A stretch of 64,000 nucleotides of DNA from Chloroflexia bacterium (GTDB lineage Bacteria; Chloroflexota; Chloroflexia; Thermomicrobiales; UBA6265), in assembly GCA_043427975.1 (NCBI GenBank), contig JBHWTK010000067.1, positions 16,523 to 80,522 of the forward strand, read 5' to 3'. How positions within the stretch are numbered: position 1 is the first letter of the stretch; each line of letters starts with the position of its first letter. Shown here one piece after another: positions 26,348 through 36,556 of this stretch. Below the pieces are notes generated by a model. It was not told where the DNA came from and made no database searches. It saw nothing but the letters and a program-made list of their open reading frames with translations. Made by a program: the position numbers and the translations under genes.

Positions 26348-28327
26348 TTATTCGTCCTGTGATGCACTCACGGTGGCTTCCTGGATCTGGTTCACCACGT
26401 CCTTGTTGGCCAGGCTGGTGGTATCGCCCAGCGTTTGCCCGGATGCAATATCGCGCAAGAGGCGGCGCATGATTTTGCCGGAGCGTGTCTTCGGCAGGTC
26501 GGGCGTGAACATGATGCGCTTGGGCTTGGCAATAGGGCTAATCTTCTTCGCGACGTGGTTCCGCAATTCCTGGCCGAACTGCTTTTCGTCCCCGGGCTGG
26601 GCGCGGTTCTTGAGCGTCACGAACGCGAAGATCGCCTCGCCGGTCAACTCATCCGGTTGTCCCACTACGGCGGCCTCCGCCACCAGGTCGTGGCTTACCA
26701 GCGCGGATTCGATCTCGGCAGTACTCAGGCGGTGGCCGGATACGTTCATTACGTCATCAACGCGGCCAAGCAGCCAGAAGTACCCGTCCTCATCGCGCAT
26801 GGCACCATCGCCGGCAAAGTACATGTCGCCGAACTTGCCCCAGTAGGTATCGATGTAGCGCTGGTCATCGTTGTACAGCGTGCGCAGCATGGAGGGCCAC
26901 GGTTTCTTGATCACCAGGAACCCGCCGTGGCCAAGCGGCACGGAATTGCCCTGCTCGTCCACCACATCGGCTTCGATACCAGGAATCGGAATGGTGGCTG
27001 ATCCCGGCTTGGTGGTTGTCAGGCCGGGCAGAGGCGAGATCATGATGGAACCCGTTTCGGTTTGCCACCATGTATCCACCACCGGGCACTTCTCCCCACC
27101 GATATGGCGGTGGTACCACATCCACGCCTCCGGGTTGATGGGCTCACCCACCGAGCCGAGCAAGCGCAGCGAACTAAGGTCGTGCTTGTCGGCGTGCTGG
27201 TGACCTTCCTTCATATGCGCACGAATGGCTGTCGGCGCGCAGTAGAGGATGGAAACCTTGTAGCGTTCCACGATATCCCACCAGCGATCCGGAGCCGGGT
27301 ATGTTGGCACGCCCTCGTACATGACGCTGGTGGCGCCATTGGAGAGCGGGCCGTAGCAGATGTAAGAGTGACCGGTAACCCAGCCGATATCGGCGGCGCA
27401 CCAGTACACATCATCGTCCTTGATATCGAACACGGCGCGATGGGTGTACGACGTGCCGACCAGGTAGCCGCCGGTGGTGTGGACAATACCCTTGGGTTTG
27501 CCGGTGGTGCCCGATGTATAGAGCAGGTAGAGAAGGTCTTCGCTATCCATCGGCACGGCTTCGTGCTCGGTGCTCTGGCGGGCAACGATATCGTGCCACC
27601 AGAAATCGCGCCCCTCTTCCATATGGACATCTTCGCCGGTGCGCTTCACCACCAGCACCTTCTCGATGCTCGGCGCGCCCTTGATGGCTTCATCAACGTT
27701 CGGCTTGATGGCGCTCGGGCCGCCGCGGCGGAAACCGCCGTCGGCAGTGATGATGATCTCGGCGCTGGAATCGTTAATACGGTCGCGAACCGCGTCCGCG
27801 CTAAAGCCGCCGAACACCACCGTGTGCGGCGCACCAATGCGGGCGCAGGCGAGCAGCGCTACAACCAGCTCCGGGATCATGGGCATGTAGATGACGACCC
27901 GGTCACCCTTCTCCACGTTAAGTTCCGTGAGGGCGTTGGCGAGGCGACACACCTCATCCTTGAGTTCGGTATAGGTGATGACCCGCTGGTCGCCCGGCTC
28001 GCCCTCGAAGTAGTAGGCGACCTTGTTGCCGTTGCCCGCCTCGATATGACGATCGAGGCAGTTGTAGGCCACATTGAGCTTGCCATTCACAAACCACTTG
28101 GCGTGCGGGGCGTCGCTCCAGTCCAGCACCTGGTCCCATTTCTGGAACCAGTGAAGATGTTCGGCCTGCTCGGCCCAAAACGCTTCCGGGTCGGCGGCGG
28201 CGCGTTCATAAATCGCGGGGTCGCTCAGATTCGCGTTGGCCGCAAAGCTGGCCGGCGGTGGAAACGTTCGATCCTCATGCGAGATGACTTCCACGAAATC
28301 CTTTGAGACGTCCTTGATATCCGACAT
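26348..28327 (-). CDS. acs: Acetyl-CoA synthetase (AMP-forming)
   Basis: Start moved to ATG 28327 (MSDIKDV; AAGGTGGGG SD). Motifs [11 protein letters not shown], the WWQTETG region and the C-terminal SGKIMRR. Confidence 0.92.
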   Translation of the reverse strand: MSDIKDVSKDFVEVISHEDRTFPPPASFAANANLSDPAIYERAAADPEAFWAEQAEHLHWFQKWDQVLDWSDAPHAKWFVNGKLNVAYNCLDRHIEAGNGNKVAYYFEGEPGDQRVITYTELKDEVCRLANALTELNVEKGDRVVIYMPMIPELVVALLACARIGAPHTVVFGGFSADAVRDRINDSSAEIIITADGGFRRGGPSAIKPNVDEAIKGAPSIEKVLVVKRTGEDVHMEEGRDFWWHDIVARQSTEHEAVPMDSEDLLYLLYTSGTTGKPKGIVHTTGGYLVGTSYTHRAVFDIKDDDVYWCAADIGWVTGHSYICYGPLSNGATSVMYEGVPTYPAPDRWWDIVERYKVSILYCAPTAIRAHMKEGHQHADKHDLSSLRLLGSVGEPINPEAWMWYHRHIGGEKCPVVDTWWQTETGSIMISPLPGLTTTKPGSATIPIPGIEADVVDEQGNSVPLGHGGFLVIKKPWPSMLRTLYNDDQRYIDTYWGKFGDMYFAGDGAMRDEDGYFWLLGRVDDVMNVSGHRLSTAEIESALVSHDLVAEAAVVGQPDELTGEAIFAFVTLKNRAQPGDEKQFGQELRNHVAKKISPIAKPKRIMFTPDLPKTRSGKIMRRLLRDIASGQTLGDTTSLANKDVVNQIQEATVSASQDE

Positions 28328-28578
28328 TGCGTTCCCCACCTTACTGGCCCGAAAAAATAGCTCGCTCGTCACCCATACCCCGGGCGCGATGCACCGATGC
28401 TGCACTGCGTTCGGTATCGCCGTTGATATCTGTCAGTACTCGTCACAATACAACGATCTTGCGGAAATGGCACACCCCGGCCGTTATGTGGCGATGGACG
28501 TAGGGGTATAACGGCTATGCTCCTATACTTACGGGTGATGTTGTGCCAGAGGCACGTTGTGATTCTACGGAGGCTTGC

Positions 28579-28947
28579 ATGTCGTCCACTACCATCCATA
28601 TGATCGTCGGTTCCATCACCCTGTTGCTGTTCCTCGTTAACGTGGTTATGTACGCGATTGAGCTGTTCAAGGGAACCCCGGTGGCCTATCACCGGCTCGT
28701 AAGCATCGGCGCCGCCACAGGCCTGCTGCTGCAATACGCCCTCGGGTTCATGCTGCTGGGCTCCGGTGAGAAGATCACATGGGTGCACTGGGTGCTGGCA
28801 CTGGCGGCGATTGTGCCGGTGGGAATGGAGCACGGCATGACTGCCAACCAAACCAACTTCCGCTCGAAATCGCTGATCGGCCTCGTTGCTTCCGCGCTTG
28901 CGTTTGTTGTGGTGCTTGCCGTGTACGGCATCGGTGAAATGAACTAG
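28579..28947 (+). CDS. Hypothetical 4-TM membrane protein
   Basis: ATG 28579 with GGAGG 6 nt upstream. Hydrophobic helices; no family recognised. Confidence 0.55.
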   Translation: MSSTTIHMIVGSITLLLFLVNVVMYAIELFKGTPVAYHRLVSIGAATGLLLQYALGFMLLGSGEKITWVHWVLALAAIVPVGMEHGMTANQTNFRSKSLIGLVASALAFVVVLAVYGIGEMN

Positions 28948-28951
28948 CGCC

Positions 28952-30250
28952 ATGCGCAACCATTCGTCCCCCCGCGTGACACCGGTTGATATCGCTATCA
29001 TCGGCGGTGGTATAGCGGGCACCTCATTTTCAGTCACCATGCAGCGGGCAGGCTGGACCACCGCTGTGGTGGAACGCGAGCCGGTGTACAAGGATCGCGT
29101 ACGCGGAGAGGCATGCCACCCCTGGGGAGTCAGCGAGCTTGTCGAACTCGACCTGATGCCCCTCGTGAAGGCATCAGGGGGTCTCGAACTCCCTGTATGG
29201 ACGCGCTACGTCGATCAGGAACTCGAATCCGCGTTTCGCTGGGACGAAGCATTCCCAGGCGCGCAACCCGAGATCGGCTTTAGCCACCACACACTTGAGG
29301 AAACGCTGATCGGGGCCGCAGGAGCAGCGGGGGCGCGGGTGTTCCGACCGGCGCGCGCCTCGATTGCGCGCCAACGGGAAGGCTGGCTCCTCCAGGTGGC
29401 CCACGGTGACGCAACCACCGATATTCGCGCCCGATTCCTGGTAGCAGCCGATGGCAAGAACTCTGCTACCCGCAAGCTGTGGGGTGGCGAAACGATCACC
29501 GATCCGCCGCACCACAGCATGGGCGGCTTGCTGGTGGACCACATCGACCTTCCCATAGATAGCGCATTCATGGGCCGCCACGACGACGGTTTCTCGATGA
29601 TGTTCCCCCAGGGCGACAATCGCTGGCGCATTTACCTGGTGGGTTCAACTGGCGTGGCCCGCACCTTCACGGGGCCGGACCGTACCGAGCGCTTCCTGCA
29701 TGCGTGCGCGGAGTGCTTCCCCGAGGGTGTTTTCGAGCGCGTCTCACCCGCTGGGCCGCTGGCGTTCTTCCCGAACTCCCACATCGGCACATCGCGCATT
29801 CACGGCCCGTTCGCTGTGGCAATCGGCGATGCTGCCGGAGCCGGTGATCCGTCCCAGGGGCACGGGATGTCGCTTGTCTGGCGGGATGTGCGCGAACTGC
29901 GTGACGTGCTGACCACGTACGACCTTGAAGATGTGCCCGTGGCCTTTGCCGAGAAGCGCCGCGCCTACGAACATGTGCTGCGCACGCACGCTGCCTGGGT
30001 GGCGCCACTCATCACCGGGACCGATCCCGTAGAACTTGCCCTTCGCGACCAGGTGGACCTCGCCCGCGAGGCCGATCCTTCCGCGCTTGGGTACGCCGGC
30101 ATCTTCGCCAACGGGCCCGACGGACTACCTACGGACGAAAACGCCCGTGTCCTGTTCTTCGGTGAGCACCTGGTTCCGAACCCCGTTACCTACGCACCGC
30201 ATCTCGATAAGTTGGATCAACCTGTGCATAGTAGTCACAAAAGCGAATAG
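28952..30250 (+). CDS. FAD-dependent monooxygenase/oxidoreductase
   Basis: N-terminal dinucleotide fold VDIAIIGGGIAGTS and a later GDAAGAGDPSQGHG motif. Confidence 0.8.
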   Translation: MRNHSSPRVTPVDIAIIGGGIAGTSFSVTMQRAGWTTAVVEREPVYKDRVRGEACHPWGVSELVELDLMPLVKASGGLELPVWTRYVDQELESAFRWDEAFPGAQPEIGFSHHTLEETLIGAAGAAGARVFRPARASIARQREGWLLQVAHGDATTDIRARFLVAADGKNSATRKLWGGETITDPPHHSMGGLLVDHIDLPIDSAFMGRHDDGFSMMFPQGDNRWRIYLVGSTGVARTFTGPDRTERFLHACAECFPEGVFERVSPAGPLAFFPNSHIGTSRIHGPFAVAIGDAAGAGDPSQGHGMSLVWRDVRELRDVLTTYDLEDVPVAFAEKRRAYEHVLRTHAAWVAPLITGTDPVELALRDQVDLAREADPSALGYAGIFANGPDGLPTDENARVLFFGEHLVPNPVTYAPHLDKLDQPVHSSHKSE

Positions 30251-30426
30251 CGAACGTACATCTGGTGACCCTCTGGGCTTTGTCCTAGGCTTCAGGCAGC
30301 GTTTGTGTCAGCGCGCCGATGCGTCGGCTCTCGCGCCACGCATCGCCACTACACCAGGGCACACATCAGGGGAACGCCAGCATAACCGTGAGGGGCGCTG
30401 GCTGTTCGAGGGAGGAAAGTGCAATC

Positions 30427-31455
30427 ATGCGTTTGTTTCGATCGGTAGCGGCCGTAGCGCTATCTGCGATGCTCGGGTTTGGGGCCATTGGAACGGCACC
30501 GGCAAGTGCCGAAAGCGTTGCAGCCTGGATGACCGTGGCAACCAACCATCCTGCTGCCGGCTGCATTGTGGATACCAGCGTTGAGCTCCAGAGTGGCGGC
30601 GCCCCTGTTGTGGGTGCCGAGGTGGCTATTGTCCTTTCGGACGATAACTCCAGCGCTGTGATCGATAGCATGTCCACAACAACAACCGAAACCGGCTTTG
30701 CCTGGTTGAGTTTCGACACCACGGGCGCGCCGGAGAAAACCTGGCTGGAAGTTCGTGTGAATGGCCAGTACCTTGGTGGCCGCACGATTTGGGTGGACGG
30801 CACCGAGTGTGCCGGCGCCCCAAGCGTGCTGGACCTGAGCGGCGATGTCCCGACCGTTACAGACACCTGGGTCCCGGCACCCGCTGCCGAATCGGCCGTT
30901 GCCAGCTCCTCGGGAAGCACTTTCCTGCCGGTTGTGACGTACCAGCAGCAGCGCCCGCTCAGTTGCGAGTATTCCGCCGTACAGATCGCCACCGGCATGA
31001 TCGGTTACACCGTCTCCGAATACGAGATGGAAGCCGTCACCCCGCTTTCCGCCAATCCGCACTGGGGCTACCGCGGCAATATCAATGGCGAATGGGGCAA
31101 CACCACTGATTACGGCATCTACGCCGATGCCCTGATTCCTGGCCTGAACTACTATGGGTACGAGGCCACTTCGTTTTACGGCGATCCTGCAGATCTCACC
31201 GCCTACATTGACCAGGGCACGCCCGTGATCGTCTGGCTGGGTATGCGTGGCGACCTGAGCCACGACGAGTACACATCCGATGGCACCCGCTACCAGGTGA
31301 CACAGTACATGCACGTTATGGTGGTGTACGGGTACGACGAATCCGGCGTGTACCTTTCAGACCCCGGTTCCGGTAACACGGTGTGGTACGACTGGGCGAC
31401 CTTCAACTCAATGTGGCAAACTATCGACGGCATGGCACTGGCCGTAGGTCAGTAA
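30427..31455 (+). CDS. Secreted protein with C-terminal C39-like (peptidase_C39_2/YvpB-like) cysteine peptidase domain
   Basis: Start moved to ATG 30427 (GGAGG SD; signal MRLFRSVAAVALSAMLGFGAIGTAPASA). C-terminal QQQRPLSCEYSAV...MHVMVVYGYDE...DP pattern. Confidence 0.65.
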   Translation: MRLFRSVAAVALSAMLGFGAIGTAPASAESVAAWMTVATNHPAAGCIVDTSVELQSGGAPVVGAEVAIVLSDDNSSAVIDSMSTTTTETGFAWLSFDTTGAPEKTWLEVRVNGQYLGGRTIWVDGTECAGAPSVLDLSGDVPTVTDTWVPAPAAESAVASSSGSTFLPVVTYQQQRPLSCEYSAVQIATGMIGYTVSEYEMEAVTPLSANPHWGYRGNINGEWGNTTDYGIYADALIPGLNYYGYEATSFYGDPADLTAYIDQGTPVIVWLGMRGDLSHDEYTSDGTRYQVTQYMHVMVVYGYDESGVYLSDPGSGNTVWYDWATFNSMWQTIDGMALAVGQ

Positions 31456-31483
31456 CCATTCTCACAACCTGACAATTATCGAC

Positions 31484-31526
31484 ATCGAGGGGTCCTCTGG
31501 CTGGAATGGACCCCTCGATTGTTTTT
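31484..31526 (+). terminator. Intrinsic terminator
   Basis: Perfect 12-bp stem ATCGAGGGGTCC/GGACCCCTCGAT followed by TGTTTTT. Confidence 0.8.
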
Positions 31527-31570
31527 CCCGTGCGATACTGGCGGCATCTGCAACAACGAGAGGGTGCCAC

Positions 31571-32689
31571 ATGAGTTTCGCAACCGGCCTTGTGTACGAC
31601 GAACGCTACCTGGAACATGATCCCGGCGAGTTCAAGATTCGCTATACCGAACCGTACCCATTCGACGAGGTGGAGCCGCATCCTTCCGGCCCGGTGGTGG
31701 TGCGCCGCACGCGCAAACTGCTCACCGAACTGGGATATACACATGCGCTCGCTACAATCGAAGGACGAATGGCGACGGCCGAAGAGATCGAACGCGTTCA
31801 TAGCCCGGAAATGCGTAACCAGGTAGAAGCGGTCAGTAAACACGGTGGCGACGCAGGGTTCGGATCCCCCATCGCGCCCGGCGGTGCAGGGATCGCCCTG
31901 CTGGCGGCCGGCGGTGCGATATCAGCGGTCGAGGCGGTACTCCAGGGCGATGTTCGCAACGCGTTCGGGCTGATTCGCCCACCCGGACACCATGCCACGG
32001 CCACCGAGAGCCTCGGGTTCTGCGTGTACAACAACATCGCCATCGCCGCGCGCCATGCGCAGCAGGTCCACGGGCTCAGCAAGGTCGCAATCGTGGATTG
32101 GGACGTCCACCACGGCAATGGCACGCAGGACATTTTCTGGCACGACAGCAGCGTGCTCTTTGTATCGCTGCACCAGGACAACCTTTTCCCCATCGACTGG
32201 GGCAAGGTAGAAGATTGCGGTGAAGGTGACGGACTCGGGACTACCGTCAATATCCCGCTGCCCGCAGGCTCTGGAAATGCGGTGTACCTGGCCGCAATGG
32301 AGGAAATCGTGGTGCCGGTTATCCGCCAGTTCGCGCCGGACCTGATCCTCATCTCGGCGGGCCAGGATGCCAGCGTGCAGGATCCGCTTGGCCGCATGAC
32401 CGTCACGGTACCTGCCTACCGCCAGATGACCCGAGCGCTGCGCGACCTTGCAGACCAGGCTTGTGATGGCAGGCTGGTGGCACTGATGGAAGGCGGCTAC
32501 AGCAACTACTACGCGCCGTATTGCACCGCTGCAGCCGTCGAGGGCCTTATGGCCGAACCACCAGCTTATGTTCCGGACCCTTACTCTCCGCGCAGCGAGG
32601 TGCAACCGGGCACGACCACGGTCAGCCTGGACCAACGCGCGGCGCTGGATGCCGTGAAGGCTGCCCAGCGGGCCTGGTGGGATCTATAG
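31571..32689 (+). CDS. Histone deacetylase-family (class II HDAC/AcuC-like) amidohydrolase
   Basis: RPPGHHA, DWDVHHGNGTQ and EGGY motifs. Confidence 0.85.
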   Translation: MSFATGLVYDERYLEHDPGEFKIRYTEPYPFDEVEPHPSGPVVVRRTRKLLTELGYTHALATIEGRMATAEEIERVHSPEMRNQVEAVSKHGGDAGFGSPIAPGGAGIALLAAGGAISAVEAVLQGDVRNAFGLIRPPGHHATATESLGFCVYNNIAIAARHAQQVHGLSKVAIVDWDVHHGNGTQDIFWHDSSVLFVSLHQDNLFPIDWGKVEDCGEGDGLGTTVNIPLPAGSGNAVYLAAMEEIVVPVIRQFAPDLILISAGQDASVQDPLGRMTVTVPAYRQMTRALRDLADQACDGRLVALMEGGYSNYYAPYCTAAAVEGLMAEPPAYVPDPYSPRSEVQPGTTTVSLDQRAALDAVKAAQRAWWDL

Positions 32690-33754
32690 CCAGCCAGCGC
32701 CCAGACCTTCGGCCAACACCTTCAGCTCCTCGAACACCGGCTTGCGGATCGGTACGCCGTGCTCCATGTTGAAACGCGTTGCGGTCATCTCGGGGTCGCC
32801 AGGGACTAACACTGGCATAGCCGGGTCGAGCGGATCCATTGCGCGCAACTCGATACACATGGCGCTGAGCGCGTCCTTGAAATCCTGCACATCGCGGAAT
32901 GCGTCGACCCGCCAGGCCATGAACATCTGTCCGTTCGCCCCGGCATCGCCTTCACCATGGCTGCGAGCCAGCTCGTCGCTCCATGGGTTGGTCGCCAGCT
33001 GCGAGCAGAAGATCTCCACCATCGCGCCCAACCCGTAGCCTTTGTGGCCGCCTGTGAGGTATTCACCGCCGAGCGGTGTCAGGGCCGCGTGGGCGTTCAC
33101 ATCGCTGGTGGGGATTCCGTTGGCATCCACACTCCAGCCTGCCGGGATGGGCAGCCCAAGGCGGCGAGCGACCTCGATCTTCCCGACGGCAACGGTTGAG
33201 GTGGCCATATCAAGGCAAAACGGATCGCCATTCGTCGGGGCGGCGAAGGCAATCGGGTTGGTACCCAGGGCTGCCCGTTTTGCGCCGGTCGGCACCACCA
33301 ACGCCGAGGAATTGGTCATGCTCATGCCGCACATATCGTGCTCAATCGCCATCAGGGCGTAGCGGCCGGCAATGCCGTAGTGACTGCTGTAACGCAACGT
33401 TCCCAAACAGATGCCTGTGTCGTTCGCCTTTTCTATCACGCGCTGCATCGCGTAGGTGGCCATCACCAGCCCAAGGCCGTGGTTGCCATTGAACGCAATG
33501 GTGCCGGGCCGCTCACGGCCAACCGTCAGCTCCGCCTTCGGGTCAACGCGGCCGTTGCCGAGGCCGGTAAGGTAGAACTTCATCCGCTGCACGCCATGCG
33601 TTTCCACCCCGCGTACATCGGCGATGAGCAGCGAATCGGCAGCCACCGAGGCATCAGCACCGGAAAGGCCCGCCGCCTCGAACATGCGCGTAATAAGGGC
33701 GTGCAGGTCGGGATAGGGAATCCTCGGTGCGTCGGCCCAATCAATTATGGCCAT
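32684..33754 (-). CDS. Ldh_2 family (malate/L-lactate/ureidoglycolate-type) dehydrogenase
   Basis: 356-aa ORF with GVETHGVQRM, NHGLGLV, SSHYGIAGRYA and GGHKGYGL. Confidence 0.8.
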   Translation of the reverse strand: MAIIDWADAPRIPYPDLHALITRMFEAAGLSGADASVAADSLLIADVRGVETHGVQRMKFYLTGLGNGRVDPKAELTVGRERPGTIAFNGNHGLGLVMATYAMQRVIEKANDTGICLGTLRYSSHYGIAGRYALMAIEHDMCGMSMTNSSALVVPTGAKRAALGTNPIAFAAPTNGDPFCLDMATSTVAVGKIEVARRLGLPIPAGWSVDANGIPTSDVNAHAALTPLGGEYLTGGHKGYGLGAMVEIFCSQLATNPWSDELARSHGEGDAGANGQMFMAWRVDAFRDVQDFKDALSAMCIELRAMDPLDPAMPVLVPGDPEMTATRFNMEHGVPIRKPVFEELKVLAEGLGAGWL

Positions 33755-33804
33755 TGATTACGTCCTTTCCGTGTCCTGATACTCGGATTCCATTGTCGCC
33801 GCAA

Positions 33805-33833
33805 TTGACGAAACACGGGAGATTCCGTACCAT
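33805..33833 (+). promoter_or_regulatory. Candidate promoter for the mgtE leader
   Basis: TTGACG-N17-TACCAT. Confidence 0.4.
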
Positions 33834-33839
33834 TGCCTG

Positions 33840-34327
33840 TGCAGCGAGCCCGAATTGTCGGTTTCGTGTGCCCGGAGGTGGGTTGAGGTATCTCCCCACA
33901 TTGTTCCACCCAAGGAGCTCTTTTGGACGCTGACAGTCCGAGTTGTAAACCAATTCGAGAACCCCGGAGTTAATCCCGGTCAGCGGCCAATTCATCGGCA
34001 CGCCCCGGATATCTCCGGGGACCAGATCGCAGAACGACCTGCGAGAAGGGACGTGCCATATGCAACGGGTTACCACCCCCAAGCGCTTTTATATCGACCA
34101 CAGCAGCGATGACAAAATCGAGGTTCGCACCATTTCGTGCCCCTGGCCACCCAAGCGTGAGCCGGTCGTGCACGAAATCCGCCAACCCGCGACCCAGGCC
34201 GAAAAGCTGTTTTCCGCCGGCCGGCTGGTACGCGGCGGTTTCCTGCGCAAGCGATAACACACAATAGCGAAAGGCGGGCAGCCGGGGATACCGGCCGTCC
34301 GCCTTGCCGTGCGTAGGGAGACTGGCC
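33840..34327 (+). promoter_or_regulatory. Long, hairpin-rich 5' leader upstream of mgtE (candidate Mg-responsive/M-box-like element, unproven)
   Basis: About 490 nt between the predicted promoter and the mgtE start. It holds at least 5 local stems, including CGAGUUG/CAAUUCG, CCCCGGA/UCCGGGG (34003-34020), UCGCAG/CUGCGA and AAGGCGG.../...CCGCCUU (34271-34305). Confidence 0.35.
34060..34257 (+). CDS. Possible 65-aa ORF inside the mgtE leader (coding status uncertain)
   Basis: ATG has GAAGGGA upstream and third positions are mostly G/C. MQRVTTPKRFYIDHSSDDKIEVRTISCPWPP... matches no family I recognise. Confidence 0.3.
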   Translation: MQRVTTPKRFYIDHSSDDKIEVRTISCPWPPKREPVVHEIRQPATQAEKLFSAGRLVRGGFLRKR

Positions 34328-35725
34328 GTGTACGCCCCAACCGACGAGCAGAACGACATCGATATGTCCGGTGGCGAGCTGCTGGATGCCATACGCGCAG
34401 CAATCCAATCACGCGATGCCGACCAGGCCCGCCTGCTGGCGGGCCGTATGCTGGATGACGATGCGCTCGAACTCCTGGAAGACCTTAACGGCCGGGAACT
34501 GACGCACCTTTTCGCCTTCCTCGGTGAGGAGAGCCTGGGCGCCTTGCTCGCCCGGCTCGACCATCGTGACGCGGCCGGCATCCTTACCCGCATGTCCGCC
34601 ACACAGGCTGCCGATATCCTGGAGGTCATCGGGCCGGACGACGCAACCGATATCGTCCAGGTTATCAACGCCAGCGATCCGGAATCTGTAGAAAACATCC
34701 TCGTGGCCATGGAGCCCGAGGAAGCCGCCGAAATCCGTGAACTCCTCCCCTATGGCGAGGAAACCGCCGGCGGTTTGATGACCCCCGAGTTTGTGGCGGC
34801 ATTCCCGGAAATCCGCGCGGACGAAATGATTCGCGCGCTCCGACGGTTGGCAACCGAGATCGACAACGTTCAGTACGTGTACGTCATCGACCGTGAGGAA
34901 CGGCTGCTGGGCGTGCTGTCGCTGCACCGGCTGGTACTCAGCGCGCCGAACACTCCTATCGGCGACCTAATGTCCCGCGATATCTGGACCGTCCGGGCCG
35001 ATGAGGACCAGGAAGTGGCCGCCCGCATTGTGACCGAGCGATCGCTGCTGGCGATCCCGGTTGTAGATGAAGACGGCAAGCTCCTCGGCATCATTACGCG
35101 GGACGACATCGACGAGATTATCGAAGAAGAAGCGACAGAGGACATGGAGCGCCTTGGTGGTGCCAACCCGCTCAATGTGTCCTACCTTCGCGCCACGCCG
35201 ATGATGCTTTTCCGAAAGCGCATTGTCTGGCTGCTGGTGCTCTTTTTCGCCCAGTTCATCACCGTATCCATCCAGGAAAACTACGAATCGTTACTCTCGC
35301 AGGTCACCTTGCTGGCCGTATTTATCCCCATCCTTATCGGCACCGGCGGGAACGTCGGTTCCCAAACCGTCTCCACGATCATTCGCGCGCTCGCCGTGGG
35401 CGAGGTGCAGGGCCGTCATATCCTGCGCGTTATCGGCAAGGAAACGCTCACCGGCCTCCTCCTCGGCATTGTGATGGGGGTCCTCATGTACGGGCGGGCC
35501 CTGTTTGTGGGCGAGGGTGACACCACAGACCTGGCCATTGTCGTTGGCCTCACTATCCTGGTGCTCACGACCTGGGCGGCAACGGTTGGTGCAATACTGC
35601 CGATCGTGCTAAGCAAGCTCAAAATGGACCCAGCCGTTGTATCGGCACCGTTTATCAGTTCGCTGGTGGATGGCACCGGGCTCATTATCTACTTCACCCT
35701 GGCGGGCTACTTCCTGGACCTGTAA
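34328..35725 (+). CDS. mgtE: Magnesium transporter MgtE
   Basis: MgtE N-domain, a CBS pair and a C-terminal TM domain with PILIGTGGNVGSQ. Start set to GTG 34328 (GGGAGA 6 nt upstream); alternatives are 34304 and 34364. Confidence 0.9.
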   Translation: MYAPTDEQNDIDMSGGELLDAIRAAIQSRDADQARLLAGRMLDDDALELLEDLNGRELTHLFAFLGEESLGALLARLDHRDAAGILTRMSATQAADILEVIGPDDATDIVQVINASDPESVENILVAMEPEEAAEIRELLPYGEETAGGLMTPEFVAAFPEIRADEMIRALRRLATEIDNVQYVYVIDREERLLGVLSLHRLVLSAPNTPIGDLMSRDIWTVRADEDQEVAARIVTERSLLAIPVVDEDGKLLGIITRDDIDEIIEEEATEDMERLGGANPLNVSYLRATPMMLFRKRIVWLLVLFFAQFITVSIQENYESLLSQVTLLAVFIPILIGTGGNVGSQTVSTIIRALAVGEVQGRHILRVIGKETLTGLLLGIVMGVLMYGRALFVGEGDTTDLAIVVGLTILVLTTWAATVGAILPIVLSKLKMDPAVVSAPFISSLVDGTGLIIYFTLAGYFLDL

Positions 35726-35773
35726 ATGGCGTAAGATGAACCGGGAACAGAGGGCGTTTTTCGGGGAGAACTC

Positions 35774-36556
35774 ATGGACCAGCAACCATTCGCGCTCGCC
35801 AAGGCGGCATTCCGGGCCATGCCTGCCGTAACTCTGGTGCGCCAGAACGTGGTGTGGCTGGGTATGACGCTGATCGCCATGTTGAGCGCGCCAGGAGCGC
35901 ATTCCGGTTGGTCGCTCTTTTGGTTGGTGGTCGCGTCGCTTCTCTCGGCAGCATGCCTCACCGAAGTCCATCTTGCCCGCGCTATCGAACATCCTCGCAC
36001 CGTCATAACAACGCTGGGTGCCGCTGCACTGAGCGCCCTGGTTGCGCTCGTCCTCACAATGGCGCTCAACCCGCTCTCCGGTCTGATGCTAATCTTGCTC
36101 CTCGGCATGCTGGCTTACACCGGCAAGGAGCGGCCGTTTGTGACCGCGGCGCTCACCGTGGCCCTGGTGCCGTGGTGGGTATGGATGGCACTGGACCAGT
36201 GGCACTGGCAGCTGCTGGTGTTGCTGCCCCTGGTCGGCATGGGCCTGATCGCGGTGAGCCACCTGCTGGATACACACGCCTGGCCGGACGATGTTAAGCG
36301 CATCATGCCTGCGCGGGCGCACCGAGCGGCCGCCTGGCTGATCATCGCGCTTTCCGGTATTGGGCTGATGCTGCTCGGCCTGATGGCCGACGCCCGCCGA
36401 CCGTTCCTCGCGTTGGCGGGCATTGTCCTGGCGCTTTCCGTGCCGCTGGAAGCCGGGTTCGGGTCTACCAGTCGCCGTTCCGCGCAGCAAAGCATCCGCA
36501 TCGTCGTGAGTGCCTACCTGATCGCCGTAGCCTGCTGGCTCGTCGCAATCGCATGA
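35774..36556 (+). CDS. Hypothetical polytopic membrane protein (260 aa)
   Basis: Seven or eight hydrophobic helices. ATGA overlap with the next ORF. Confidence 0.55.
   Translation: MDQQPFALAKAAFRAMPAVTLVRQNVVWLGMTLIAMLSAPGAHSGWSLFWLVVASLLSAACLTEVHLARAIEHPRTVITTLGAAALSALVALVLTMALNPLSGLMLILLLGMLAYTGKERPFVTAALTVALVPWWVWMALDQWHWQLLVLLPLVGMGLIAVSHLLDTHAWPDDVKRIMPARAHRAAAWLIIALSGIGLMLLGLMADARRPFLALAGIVLALSVPLEAGFGSTSRRSAQQSIRIVVSAYLIAVACWLVAIA

Noticed and set aside
27062-28306. 414-aa plus-strand ORF
   Set aside because: Antisense to acetyl-CoA synthetase; a GC-rich artefact.
33970-34710. 246-aa minus-strand ORF across the mgtE leader and 5' coding region
   Set aside because: Antisense to mgtE, with a Ser/Arg/Ala-rich low-complexity translation.
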